Shown here in pieces: positions 43,985 to 53,606 of a stretch of DNA of 64,000 nt. The translations under genes were made by a program, and so were the position numbers. The notes beneath the pieces were generated by a model. It saw only the letters and a list, made by a program, of their open reading frames with translations, was not told where the DNA came from and did no database searches. Position 1 is the stretch's first letter, and every line of letters starts with the position of its first letter. Source of the DNA: Bdellovibrionota bacterium (GTDB taxonomy: Bacteria > Bdellovibrionota > Bdellovibrionia > Bdellovibrionales > Bdellovibrionaceae); contig JBBTCO010000003.1 of assembly GCA_038043185.1 (NCBI GenBank), positions 1,484 to 65,483 on the forward strand, in the 5' to 3' direction.

Positions 43985-45897
43985 ACTTCAATCTGAATTC
44001 CCACTTCAATCACTTGATTCGGCGGAATTTTAAAAAAGGCGGTTGGTCTTTGCGCATTTCGCGACATAAAAGCAAATAAACTTTCCTGCCAAAGCGACAT
44101 TGAAGGATCATTACTTGGCAAAATCGTTTCTCGACCAAGTACAAAAGTTGTTTCATTTACATTAAAATGAATATTCTTTTGGCGGCAAGCTTCAAGAATA
44201 TGTTTCATCTTCGGTGTTTCCATAAATCCGTAATAAACTAAGATACGATAAAAATTGGGAATAATTTCTTGAATATCGACTCTTGCTAATTTCGAGATCG
44301 AGGGAACTTCTTTAGTCATAATAGTCAGAATAGCGATGCGTTCGTGCAAAACCTTATTGTGTTTGATGTTATGCAAAAGTGGCACTGGAACTCCCCACGG
44401 ATCACCAGCCATATAGATAGCTGTACCGGAAATTCGTAGCGGCGGTTTTTGCAAAAGTCTTTGGCAAAAAGTTTCAATCGAAATGGACCTCTCTTTAAGT
44501 TTTTTATAAAGAACCTTCCGACCTTTTTGCCAAGTGGTCATCAACAAATAAATAATTGTACCCATAAGAAGGGGAACCCATCCGCCATCTTGTATTTTTA
44601 AAATGTTAGCGCCGAAAAAAGCCATATCAATAATAAAAAATCCACCAAAAATAAAAATGGCTCGACTGAAACTCCAATTCCATTTATTTCGGCAGACTAC
44701 ATAAGCCAAAAGCGTTGTGATCACCATAGTTCCGGTAACCGCAATTCCGTAGGCCGAGGCCAGATTGCTGGAATTCTTGAATGTCAAAACGAGCCAAATC
44801 ACACCCGCGAATAAAGCCCAATTTACAAATGGAATATAGATTTGTCCTATTTCGGATCTTGAAGTATGCACAATTGTTAAGCGCGGCCAAAAACCCAGTT
44901 GTATCGCCTGACGCGTGATCGAAAATATTCCGGTAATCAATGCTTGGGAAGCAATCACTGTGGCGGCCGTCGATAAGAGCACTAATGGAACCAAAGCCCA
45001 TTTTGGTGCTAATAAATAAAATGGATTGGTAATGGCTTCGGGATTGTTCAACAGCATCGCGCCTTGGCCAAAATAATTTAGGACTAGCCCTGGAAGTGCA
45101 ACAACAAACCAACTCCACCGAATAGGCCGTCGGCCAAAGTGTCCCATGTCAGCGTAAAGCGCCTCACCACCCGTCACAACCAGGAAAACACTGCCAAGGA
45201 CTAAAAAAGCATTAAACTGATTATCGATAAAAAATTGAATCGCATAAATTGGAGAAAGAGCATACAAAACTTCGGGATTCAGCATAATCCCATGAATTCC
45301 CAATGCCCCAATAGCAATAAACCAAATCATAATTATTGGCCCAAAGACACCACCAATACGAGCCGTCCCAAATCTTTGAACAAGAAAAATAGCATTCATA
45401 ATAAATATTGTTAAAGGAACAACATAGGGTTCAAAAGCAGGTGTAATGAATTTTAAACCTTCAACTGCAGAAAGAACCGAGATCGCCGGAGTTATAACTC
45501 CATCACCGTAAAGCAAGGCCGCTCCAAAAAGGCCCAGGGTTAACATCAACAATTTTCCTTTTGTTGATTGATTGCCCGTTCCACTTCTTACCGCCAGCGC
45601 CATTAACGAAAGAATTCCACCTTCACCTTTATTATCGGCTCGAAGAACAAAGATCATATATTTAATACAGATGACGAGAATGAGAGTCCAAAAAATTAAA
45701 GAAAGTACTCCAAAAATATTTTCTGGCGAAACCGCAACGCCGTGTTCATGAGCAAAACATTCCCTTAATGCGTACAGAGGACTTGTTCCGATATCTCCAA
45801 AAACAACGCCCAGCGCACTTAAGGATAACCATAAAAAATTTCGATGCGAGTCTTGATTTAATTGGTCCGATGTTTTCGTATTGATGAAATACTCCAA
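43981..45897 (-). CDS. kup: KUP/HAK/KT family potassium uptake protein
   Basis: GVVFGDIGTSPLYAL, 12 hydrophobic helices and a C-terminal cytoplasmic domain. The stop overlaps the patatin stop on the opposite strand (shared TTAA). Confidence 0.92.
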   Translation of the reverse strand: MEYFINTKTSDQLNQDSHRNFLWLSLSALGVVFGDIGTSPLYALRECFAHEHGVAVSPENIFGVLSLIFWTLILVICIKYMIFVLRADNKGEGGILSLMALAVRSGTGNQSTKGKLLMLTLGLFGAALLYGDGVITPAISVLSAVEGLKFITPAFEPYVVPLTIFIMNAIFLVQRFGTARIGGVFGPIIMIWFIAIGALGIHGIMLNPEVLYALSPIYAIQFFIDNQFNAFLVLGSVFLVVTGGEALYADMGHFGRRPIRWSWFVVALPGLVLNYFGQGAMLLNNPEAITNPFYLLAPKWALVPLVLLSTAATVIASQALITGIFSITRQAIQLGFWPRLTIVHTSRSEIGQIYIPFVNWALFAGVIWLVLTFKNSSNLASAYGIAVTGTMVITTLLAYVVCRNKWNWSFSRAIFIFGGFFIIDMAFFGANILKIQDGGWVPLLMGTIIYLLMTTWQKGRKVLYKKLKERSISIETFCQRLLQKPPLRISGTAIYMAGDPWGVPVPLLHNIKHNKVLHERIAILTIMTKEVPSISKLARVDIQEIIPNFYRILVYYGFMETPKMKHILEACRQKNIHFNVNETTFVLGRETILPSNDPSMSLWQESLFAFMSRNAQRPTAFFKIPPNQVIEVGIQIEV

Positions 45898-46039
45898 GTT
45901 GCTGACTTAACTTTAAGAAAGTCTAACACTAATGTCATGAACTCACTTCACAAAATTAATCCTAGATTTAGGATCGCGTCATAATCTCTGCTTTACATTT
46001 TTCTGACCTCGACTATCGTTTTGAGTTGAGGGGGCTCAC

Positions 46040-47383
46040 ATGAAATTTATTTTTATATTTTTTGCTATGTCTTACAGCGCGATAAGCTCGCAAGCACAGG
46101 AATTACCGTACATTGATAATCAATTTGCCTGTACGAATGCCGCGGAAGCCAACCAAATGATCGCTGACTTTAAAGTCAATGTGTCTTCATTTGGCGGCCT
46201 CGAGCTGTGCAATGAGAAAAAAGATATTAAAAAGTTATTCAATGATTTAACCATTATTAAAAATGGTCGTTTCACGAATACTGGGTCTAATTTATTCATT
46301 CGAAATTTTATTGCTTCGGATCGATATTACGATTGGATGAAATCGATGACTCGAGGAATGAATCGCGGTAACGATATTCCTGCAGCCACGGCCTACAATC
46401 GCAGTGGTCATTTCACCATGCAAGATGGGTGGACTAAATTATCAACTCTTGGTCGCGTTGGAACTGTCTTGCATGAAGCCAGACACACCGCAAATTATGC
46501 TCATACCCGCTGCAAACATGGCCCTTACATGAACACGAATTCCGCTGGTTGTGATGAAGATTACGCCTACGGCGGCTCCCATGCGGTTGAAATGGAATAT
46601 TACGCCCGAGTTTCTGTATTAGGACAAAACTTTCACCCAGTCTTTAAAGCAATGGCCCGTTTGATGGCTGTGGCTCGCAGTAATTTTGTTTTTAACACTT
46701 CGCCCATTCAGACCCGTGAGGCTCTTTTAGCCATCAATAGCTCCAACCAAGGAGTTCTTTTTGATAAACAGAACGTGATCCAACGAGAAGTTCCAAACGC
46801 GAAAGGAACTCTTAAGCGCACATCTTATGGCGCAGCGATTTTTACCGGACCACAAGCTTATTCCATAGAGATGTATGGAAAAACCGGACTTCCACCTCTA
46901 ATCCTTGATACCTATTCGTATTTTAAACTTCTTTTAAGTTTAGATAAACAAATTAAAGATTTCGAAGAGTTTGATACCAACCAAAAAAGATATGTTGTTG
47001 GTCTTACTGAAGCTAACAAACTGGTTTCTTTTAATTTTCCACTTGGCGAATGGAACCCCGAAGTGGACGTCAATTTTACTCCTCATCGGAGTGTAACTAC
47101 GGTCGAGACCGGAGCTCAAGGTTACTTCCTTATCGATTCCAATATGGACATTTACAAATACGATATCTCGACAAAAAAATTATCCGCGCCGCTCGACTTT
47201 AAATGGAACCCGGAATACATCAACATCGCGAAAGTGGATAACCATCTCTTCATCCTAAAAAATGATGGGAAAATTTATGAAAAATTAGCCTCAGGAAACA
47301 TCGAATTGAGTCGCTTCCCTGCCGCAAACTATTCAAATCTTGTTTCTGTTCCTCTTTATGATGGATTCGAGGTCACTCCCTAG
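46040..47383 (+). CDS. secreted protein with an HEXXH motif (putative zinc metalloprotease)
   Basis: Signal peptide MKFIFIFFAMSYSAISSQA. VLHEARHTANYAH contains HEARH. The C-terminal half looks beta-rich. Confidence 0.45.
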   Translation: MKFIFIFFAMSYSAISSQAQELPYIDNQFACTNAAEANQMIADFKVNVSSFGGLELCNEKKDIKKLFNDLTIIKNGRFTNTGSNLFIRNFIASDRYYDWMKSMTRGMNRGNDIPAATAYNRSGHFTMQDGWTKLSTLGRVGTVLHEARHTANYAHTRCKHGPYMNTNSAGCDEDYAYGGSHAVEMEYYARVSVLGQNFHPVFKAMARLMAVARSNFVFNTSPIQTREALLAINSSNQGVLFDKQNVIQREVPNAKGTLKRTSYGAAIFTGPQAYSIEMYGKTGLPPLILDTYSYFKLLLSLDKQIKDFEEFDTNQKRYVVGLTEANKLVSFNFPLGEWNPEVDVNFTPHRSVTTVETGAQGYFLIDSNMDIYKYDISTKKLSAPLDFKWNPEYINIAKVDNHLFILKNDGKIYEKLASGNIELSRFPAANYSNLVSVPLYDGFEVTP

Positions 47384-47385
47384 TT

Positions 47386-48075
47386 ATGAAAAATCGAAAG
47401 GTTTTAGGATTCATTTTTATTTTAATTGTTCTCGCGGTTTACCAACTGCGTGATTTCAGCTCTCGGAATGCTTTTTCAACTAGCCCCGAGGGCTCTGCTT
47501 CATCTTTTCTTACTCAAAAAAAGCCCACCGAGAATCCGCCGGCTAAAAATCAAGATCCTCGTCAAAAGGATTCCTCTTCCCCGAATCTCCTTCAATCATT
47601 TGAAACTGAAGTTGATGAGATTGGACAATTGGATGAACACCCTGACCAAACCGAAGCGAAGTTAAAGAACCAAGCCGGCACTTTAAATGAAGCTGAGCTA
47701 AAGGAACTTAAATCTAAAGCTTTGGATCCAAATCAATATGGTGACGATCGGATGTTAGCTATTTACATGTTAAGTCTTTCACAACATCCCATTTCGGCCC
47801 ATCTTCTTGAAGAAATCGCGCTTTCCCCGTTTGAAAAGGATGTTGGCCAAAATTCAAATTCTGCTTTCGAGATTATTACTCGCGCCCAAGCCATCGAAGG
47901 TTTGCAAAACCGCGAGGACAAACAACAAGCTGTGAAAAGTCTAAGCAAACTGACTGCCAAACTTTCGGATAGCAATTTGTTGGATCGCGCTCAACGAGCC
48001 CTTTCACACCATCATCATGCCACCCCACGAGTCGAAGACCAGGACCTTGAAGCTCTGGAAAAGTTTGTTCGCTGA
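47386..48075 (+). CDS. membrane-anchored helical-repeat protein, unknown function
   Basis: N-terminal TM segment VLGFIFILIVLAVY, a low-complexity linker, then a HEAT-like helical C-terminal region. It starts 3 nt after the previous stop. Confidence 0.5.
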   Translation: MKNRKVLGFIFILIVLAVYQLRDFSSRNAFSTSPEGSASSFLTQKKPTENPPAKNQDPRQKDSSSPNLLQSFETEVDEIGQLDEHPDQTEAKLKNQAGTLNEAELKELKSKALDPNQYGDDRMLAIYMLSLSQHPISAHLLEEIALSPFEKDVGQNSNSAFEIITRAQAIEGLQNREDKQQAVKSLSKLTAKLSDSNLLDRAQRALSHHHHATPRVEDQDLEALEKFVR

Positions 48076-48117
48076 ATTTTATTTGACCGCTTTTAGTCCC
48101 TGCTTTTAAATATTCCT

Positions 48118-48801
48118 ATGAATGAAAAAATTTGGTTTATCATGAAAGGCGATCAGATCACTGGTCCCTTTGAAAAGCTCCAAGCGGAAATAGAACTTAA
48201 TGCTGCTCCCAAATGCTTAATTTGGGGAAAAGGAATGACAGAATGGCTTACCGATACGGAATGGCAAGACTATAAAAACCAACCCCAACCGCAAGTTGTA
48301 TCAGAAAATTATCAATGGAAATACAAATTCAGTGATGAAACTATAACGGGCCCTATGGGTTATCAAGAAATGATCTTTTCTCTTAAAAAAGTTAAGGATT
48401 ATGAAGATCTCCAAATATGGTCTGAGTCATTTGAAGATTGGAAGAGCATTTTTTTGCTTCCTTCAGTCTCTGATGATTTAGGAATTTCGAGAAGAAAACA
48501 CTCTCGCGTACCGATCATGGGTTTGCTGGAAGCAGAACTTGACGATAAGGGAACTCAATCCTTTCGTGTTATCTCGATTAGCCAGGGTGGTGTGGGCTTA
48601 AGCGCCGCAAAATCATTAAAATTGGGTGCTAACTTCAAAGGAGTCATAACAAGCATAAATCTCAACAATACAATTCACTGCGACTGTAACGTCACCTATG
48701 CTCGGGAAGATGGCTACATTGGCATTGAGTTTGGCAGTTTGCCCGCAGAGTCCTTGAATACCATTGTCGAGTACGTAAAAAAATTTGAAGAAGCCTATTA
48801 G
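48118..48801 (+). CDS. GYF_2-domain / PilZ-domain protein (putative c-di-GMP receptor)
   Basis: Two GYF_2-like segments (WFIMKGDQITGPF, WKYKFSDETITGPMGYQEM). The C-terminal PilZ motifs are RKHSR (RxxxR) and ISISQGGVGL (xSxxG). Confidence 0.6.
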   Translation: MNEKIWFIMKGDQITGPFEKLQAEIELNAAPKCLIWGKGMTEWLTDTEWQDYKNQPQPQVVSENYQWKYKFSDETITGPMGYQEMIFSLKKVKDYEDLQIWSESFEDWKSIFLLPSVSDDLGISRRKHSRVPIMGLLEAELDDKGTQSFRVISISQGGVGLSAAKSLKLGANFKGVITSINLNNTIHCDCNVTYAREDGYIGIEFGSLPAESLNTIVEYVKKFEEAY

Positions 48802-49607
48802 GTCGTGCTCTCATTTGCCTGAACTACTTTAAAAACTCCCCGCCGGGCCTGGGTTGAATTACGTTTTCCCAAAAAACCATCTCTAATATGAATTTCATAA
48901 TTGCAATTCTTCAAAGCTTGTTTCAGAGAAGCACGACAGGCGTAGGTTCCAAATAAAGCATCCGGAGCTGAGCACACCATCAGCTTCCGGGTTAAAAACT
49001 CTTCAGTCCATAAACTTTGATTCGTTTTTCCACTGAAAGCGTCATAAAGCAAAACATGACAAGATTCTTTTTCCGAAATCACCGAGAAATCCCTGTCAAT
49101 TTTCCAGCGCCCCTCATCCCAAGCCTGAACAAGGCATTTTAAAATTTCCGAGGGTGCTAATCGAAAGTTTTTTTCATAAAATGTCATCATCTTCTGGTAG
49201 GTCTCTTTCACCTCTAACGCTAATATTTCACCGCGACAGAAGGATAAAAAACTTGAAATTAATTCAGGGACGATCTCGTAACTTTGCAATCGAAAGTTTT
49301 TTTCGATGCCATTTTGAATGCTTGTCGCCGCCACTAAAAGTTCATTGTATCCAAGTCCCAAACCCAAGCTCAAAACACCTACGGGCTGTTTTTGTGGACT
49401 TAATTTTCTCATGGCCTCATTAATAATTTCCCCGTAAATGTAAACACTTTCGCTGTAAGCCCCTCCGGAATGATGCATGGACTCGGGCCGCTCTTCCGTG
49501 GACTGACTGAGCGGTAAAAGTCTGAGCGTTGGGCTACCATCTTGGGTTTCTTCGACGGAAAATCCGATTTCTTTCCAAAGAGAGAATTGACTTTGCACTC
49601 TATTCAT
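48798..49607 (-). CDS. MnmC/MnmD-type (DUF752) tRNA methyltransferase-like protein
   Basis: TQDGSPTLRL, SMHHSGGAYSESVYIY and LLYDAFSGKTNQSLWTEEFL match my recollection of the MnmC methyltransferase domain. Confidence 0.6.
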   Translation of the reverse strand: MNRVQSQFSLWKEIGFSVEETQDGSPTLRLLPLSQSTEERPESMHHSGGAYSESVYIYGEIINEAMRKLSPQKQPVGVLSLGLGLGYNELLVAATSIQNGIEKNFRLQSYEIVPELISSFLSFCRGEILALEVKETYQKMMTFYEKNFRLAPSEILKCLVQAWDEGRWKIDRDFSVISEKESCHVLLYDAFSGKTNQSLWTEEFLTRKLMVCSAPDALFGTYACRASLKQALKNCNYEIHIRDGFLGKRNSTQARRGVFKVVQANESTT

Positions 49608-49612
49608 CGCAC

Positions 49613-50584
49613 ATGACCTCTGAGGAGTTTAACACCATGGAAAAAGGTTGGCCCGGTCTTCCCTACCATACCATAGCTGGACATTACCAGAAGCTATTTG
49701 GCCAAAAGGTTTACAAGATTCCTGTCAGCGTTGTGGATGATTGTCCTAACCGTCGCGGACTGAAGGGCATGCAGACCTGTGTTTTTTGCGATGTGTGGGG
49801 TTCTGCTGCAAACTCGGAATCGGCTTTGATGAACCTCAAAGAACAAATTGAAAAATATCGCACACAAATTCAAAAAAAATACAAAGCAAACAAGTTTTTG
49901 GTTTATTTTCAAGCCTACACCAATACTTTTACTAAAATTTCTGCACTGAGGGCCAATTTCGATACCGCCCTTTCTTTTGCTGATGTTCTTGGTTTTGTCG
50001 TCGGTACACGTCCCGATTGCCTTTCCCCAGCTGTGCTTGAACTTTGGCAGGAATACCATCAAAAATCATTTGTTGCTGTCGAGTTAGGTGTGCAAAGTTT
50101 TTTTGATGATCAGCTTGAATTTATGCGTCGTGGGCACACTTCTCAGGATTCTTTGGATGCCATTCGCAAAATTTCAAATTCAACCAATGTTGATCTCGGC
50201 ATTCATTTAATTTTTGGTTCTCCCGGCGAAACAGACGAACATATTTTGCAAACAGCTCGCATTGTGAATGATTTACCCATCACCAATGTCAAATTGCACA
50301 ACCTTCATGTCCTCACTCAAACTCCCCTTGAAGAATTATTTCACCAAGGAAAATTCACGCCGATCGAATTTGTTCCTTACGCAGAACGCGTGCAACTTTT
50401 TATCGAAAACTTACGACCTGGAATCGCTCTTCATCGCTTGGCCGCGTTTGCTCCACGCTGGGAAGAACTTGTCGCACCCAAATGGACTGCAGACAAAATG
50501 GGAACTCATCAAAAATTGGTGGATTATTTGCGCGATAAAAAAAGCTTTCAGAGCAAACAGTTTTCACTAGATAAACTTTTTTAA
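49613..50584 (+). CDS. TIGR01212 (YhcC-like) radical SAM protein
   Basis: Collinear with E. coli YhcC from memory: FGQKVYKIPV, CPNRRG...CVFCDV, YFQAYTNTF, VGTRPDC, VELGVQS, RGHT and IFGSPGE. ATG at 49613 or 49637. Confidence 0.8.
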   Translation: MTSEEFNTMEKGWPGLPYHTIAGHYQKLFGQKVYKIPVSVVDDCPNRRGLKGMQTCVFCDVWGSAANSESALMNLKEQIEKYRTQIQKKYKANKFLVYFQAYTNTFTKISALRANFDTALSFADVLGFVVGTRPDCLSPAVLELWQEYHQKSFVAVELGVQSFFDDQLEFMRRGHTSQDSLDAIRKISNSTNVDLGIHLIFGSPGETDEHILQTARIVNDLPITNVKLHNLHVLTQTPLEELFHQGKFTPIEFVPYAERVQLFIENLRPGIALHRLAAFAPRWEELVAPKWTADKMGTHQKLVDYLRDKKSFQSKQFSLDKLF

Positions 50585-50857
50585 TTCCAGCTTACAGTTT
50601 TTTACATATTTAAGATTTTTTCAGAAATTGCTTTTTTTCCAAGCCAGCGATGGCTTGGCTGATTAAGGTTTCAGTTTATTGACTTAAGTCTTGCTGTAAA
50701 AATAAGCTCGACTGCAAAAACTAAATGCAAGACAGAATTGTCAAGAGTCTGGTTTTTTATGCCTATTTGATCAGCAGCATCGAAAAAAAGTGAAAAAAAA
50801 TATTGAATCACACTTGACCGGAAAAAAATTCCTCCGCAAGCTTTAACTCAAGCAGGG

Positions 50858-50904
50858 TCTCTATATAGTTGGTTTTGCCTAAGCATGCCTACTAGGTATA
50901 GTCG
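50858..50904. promoter_or_regulatory. candidate tandem NrdR boxes upstream of nrdAB
   Basis: Box 2, CTACTAGGTATAGTCG (50889-50904), fits the recalled consensus acaCwAtATaTwGtgt in 10-11 of 16 positions. Box 1, around CTATATAG (50858-50873), fits less well. The centre-to-centre spacing is 32 bp. Confidence 0.4.
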
Positions 50905-51161
50905 ACCTTTAGAGTCAAATAGAGTTAAATTTTGTACTCCAGAGGAAAGCCTGCCCGCCTAGACTCCAAAAAGAGAAAATAAAGAGTTAGGCAAATTAAA
51001 AATAACATCATCTGACGAAACTGGACTTTCGATAGAAGATGAAAAGAAACTGTCCATCCTAAAAGCTGAAAGGCTTTTTCGATTAACCAAAAAGTCTGAG
51101 GGGGCCTTTTGGGATTCATTCTTTCAATGACTGAGAGAATGCCAAATGAGGGGAAATAAAA

Positions 51162-53582
51162 ATGCAAACCGAGATGAATAGCTATGCCGACGGCGTGCCT
51201 CACGTAATGAGAGTAAAAAAACGAGATGGCAGCCTAGAGCCCGTTGATGTAACCAAGATCGTAGAACGCGTTACACGATGCTGCCAGGGTCTTTCCCAGA
51301 TTGATCCTTTGCGCGTGGCTACCAAAGCCATCAGCGGCTTGTATGACGGCGCCTCTACCAATGAACTTGATAATCTTTGTATTCAAACGGCTTCTTTATT
51401 GATTAGCGAGGAACCGGAATATTCTCGGCTAGCTTCCCGACTTCTTGCGACTTATATTGACGAGGAAGTTCGCTCGCAAAAAATTCAATCTTTTGCTGAT
51501 GCTGTCAACTACGGTTTCAATGCGGGGTTGATGGCTGAAAGCTTATATAAATTTGTCATGGCTAACAAAGCGACCCTTTGTGCTGCTATTGAACCTTTTC
51601 GCACCGATCGTTTTGAATACTTCGGTCTTCGCACTGTTTATGATCGTTATCTTTTAAAAAATCCTCAATCTCGCCAAGTTTTCGAAACCCCTCAATACTT
51701 TTTTATGCGCGTGGCTTGTGGGCTCTCGAAATCTCCAGAAGAAGCTATCGAATTTTACCGTTTGATTTCTTCCCATGATTACATGCCATCAACACCAACC
51801 TTGTTTAACTCAGGCACACTTCGCCCACAGATGAGTTCTTGCTACTTACTGGATTCCCCGCTTGATGATCTGCAATCCATTTATAATAAATACACCGACA
51901 TTGCCTTATTATCAAAATTTGCTGGCGGCATCGGCGTGGCTTATCACCGCGTTCGCTCACGCGGCTCCTTAATCAAAGGCACGAACGGTCATTCCAATGG
52001 CATTATTCCTTGGCTAAAAACTTTGGACAGCTCTGTGGCTGCAGTAAATCAAGGAGGCAAACGAAAAGGCGCGGCCTGCGTTTATCTCGAGACCTGGCAC
52101 GCTGACATCGAAGAATTTTTGGAAATGCGTGACAACACCGGTGACGAAGCTAAAAGAACTCATAATTTGAATTTTGCAAACTGGGTTCCTGATTTATTTA
52201 TGAAACGGGTCGAGGAAGATGCTCTTTGGTCACTTTTTGATCCTCGAGTTGTGCCCAATTTTACTGATATTTACGGCCCCGAGTTTGAAAAAGCTTATCT
52301 TGAAGCCGAGTCTCAAAAACTTTATTTCAAGCAAATTAAAGCTCGTGAACTTTATATGCGGATGATGAAAAGCCTGGCGCAAACAGGAAATGGCTGGATG
52401 ACTTGGAAGGACGCTTCCAATTTAAAATCAAATCAAACAGGAAAGCCAGAAAACACCATTCATCTTTCCAATCTTTGTACAGAAATATTAGAAGTCACTT
52501 CCAATAACGAAACGGCTGTTTGCAATCTGGGTTCCGTTAATCTTTCACGCCATATCATTGATGGCCGATTTGATTTTGATAAGCTTGCCCGCAGTGTGAA
52601 AACGGCAGTGAAATATCTAGACCGTGTGGTCGACATCAATTTTTATCCAATCCCTCAAGCCGAAAGCTCGAATCATAAATGGCGCCCCGTGGGTTTAGGA
52701 CTTATGGGATTGCAAGATGCTTTTTTCCAACTGAAATTGCCTTTCGACAGTGCTGAGGCTCGGCAGTTATCGACAAAAATTCAAGAAGAAATCTACTATA
52801 ATGCTTTAGCAACTTCTTGCGAGCTCGCCGAAAAACAAGGTCCCCACGCCGCCTTTGCGGACACCAAAGCAGCCCAAGGTGTTTTACAATTTGATCTTTG
52901 GGGGATAACTCCATCTGATTCCGTTCGCTGGACGAACCTCAAAGAAAAAATTCAAAAGCACGGCTTAAGAAACTCACTGCTGATTGCGATTGCACCCACA
53001 GCAACAATCGCCTCGATCGTAGGTTGTTATGAAGCCACCGAACCGCAAATCAGCAATCTTTTTAAACGAGAAACCTTATCCGGCGAATTTTTGCAAATCA
53101 ATCGCTACTTAGTTTCAGATCTTAAGGCTTTATCGCTTTGGAATGAAAATTTAAGAAACCAAATTAAAGCTAAGGAAGGTTCGATTCAAGACATCGCGGA
53201 AATCCCCCCGACCTTGAGAGATCTTTATCGTACGGTTTGGGAAGTCCCAATGAAATCGCTGATCGACCTCGGAGCAGAAAGAGCTTCCTATATTGATCAA
53301 AGCCAAAGTTTAAATCTTTTTATGGAAAGTCCTACCATTGGAAAACTTTCAAGCATGTACATGTACGCCTGGAAAAAAGGTTTAAAAACAACCTACTATC
53401 TGCGTTCACGTCCTGCGACAAGCATTGCAAAAACGACCATCAAAATGATGAGTTCTGGATCTGCTCTTGAAAGTTCAAACGCAGAATCCATGAATGCTTT
53501 GGCTGAAAAGAAAACTTACTCTGAATCTGAAATTATCGCTTGCAGCCTAGACAATCCAGAAGCTTGCGAAGCCTGTCAATAA
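51162..53582 (+). CDS. nrdA: class Ia ribonucleoside-diphosphate reductase alpha subunit
   Basis: N-terminal ATP-cone (VKKRDGSLEPVDVTKIVERV). Motifs: catalytic-region NLCTEI, CNLGS, and the C-terminal YYLRS plus a Cys pair (ACEAC). Confidence 0.93.
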   Translation: MQTEMNSYADGVPHVMRVKKRDGSLEPVDVTKIVERVTRCCQGLSQIDPLRVATKAISGLYDGASTNELDNLCIQTASLLISEEPEYSRLASRLLATYIDEEVRSQKIQSFADAVNYGFNAGLMAESLYKFVMANKATLCAAIEPFRTDRFEYFGLRTVYDRYLLKNPQSRQVFETPQYFFMRVACGLSKSPEEAIEFYRLISSHDYMPSTPTLFNSGTLRPQMSSCYLLDSPLDDLQSIYNKYTDIALLSKFAGGIGVAYHRVRSRGSLIKGTNGHSNGIIPWLKTLDSSVAAVNQGGKRKGAACVYLETWHADIEEFLEMRDNTGDEAKRTHNLNFANWVPDLFMKRVEEDALWSLFDPRVVPNFTDIYGPEFEKAYLEAESQKLYFKQIKARELYMRMMKSLAQTGNGWMTWKDASNLKSNQTGKPENTIHLSNLCTEILEVTSNNETAVCNLGSVNLSRHIIDGRFDFDKLARSVKTAVKYLDRVVDINFYPIPQAESSNHKWRPVGLGLMGLQDAFFQLKLPFDSAEARQLSTKIQEEIYYNALATSCELAEKQGPHAAFADTKAAQGVLQFDLWGITPSDSVRWTNLKEKIQKHGLRNSLLIAIAPTATIASIVGCYEATEPQISNLFKRETLSGEFLQINRYLVSDLKALSLWNENLRNQIKAKEGSIQDIAEIPPTLRDLYRTVWEVPMKSLIDLGAERASYIDQSQSLNLFMESPTIGKLSSMYMYAWKKGLKTTYYLRSRPATSIAKTTIKMMSSGSALESSNAESMNALAEKKTYSESEIIACSLDNPEACEACQ

Positions 53583-53606
53583 TCACAACACACGGAGGTT
53601 TTTGTT

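Noticed and set aside
50925-51203. 92-aa minus-strand ORF in the nrdA leader, and a possible cobalamin riboswitch there (GGAAAGCCTGCCCGCC)
   Set aside because: The ORF overlaps the nrdA start and has no support. The sequence does not match the B12-box as I recall it, and class Ia NrdAB genes are not usually B12-regulated.
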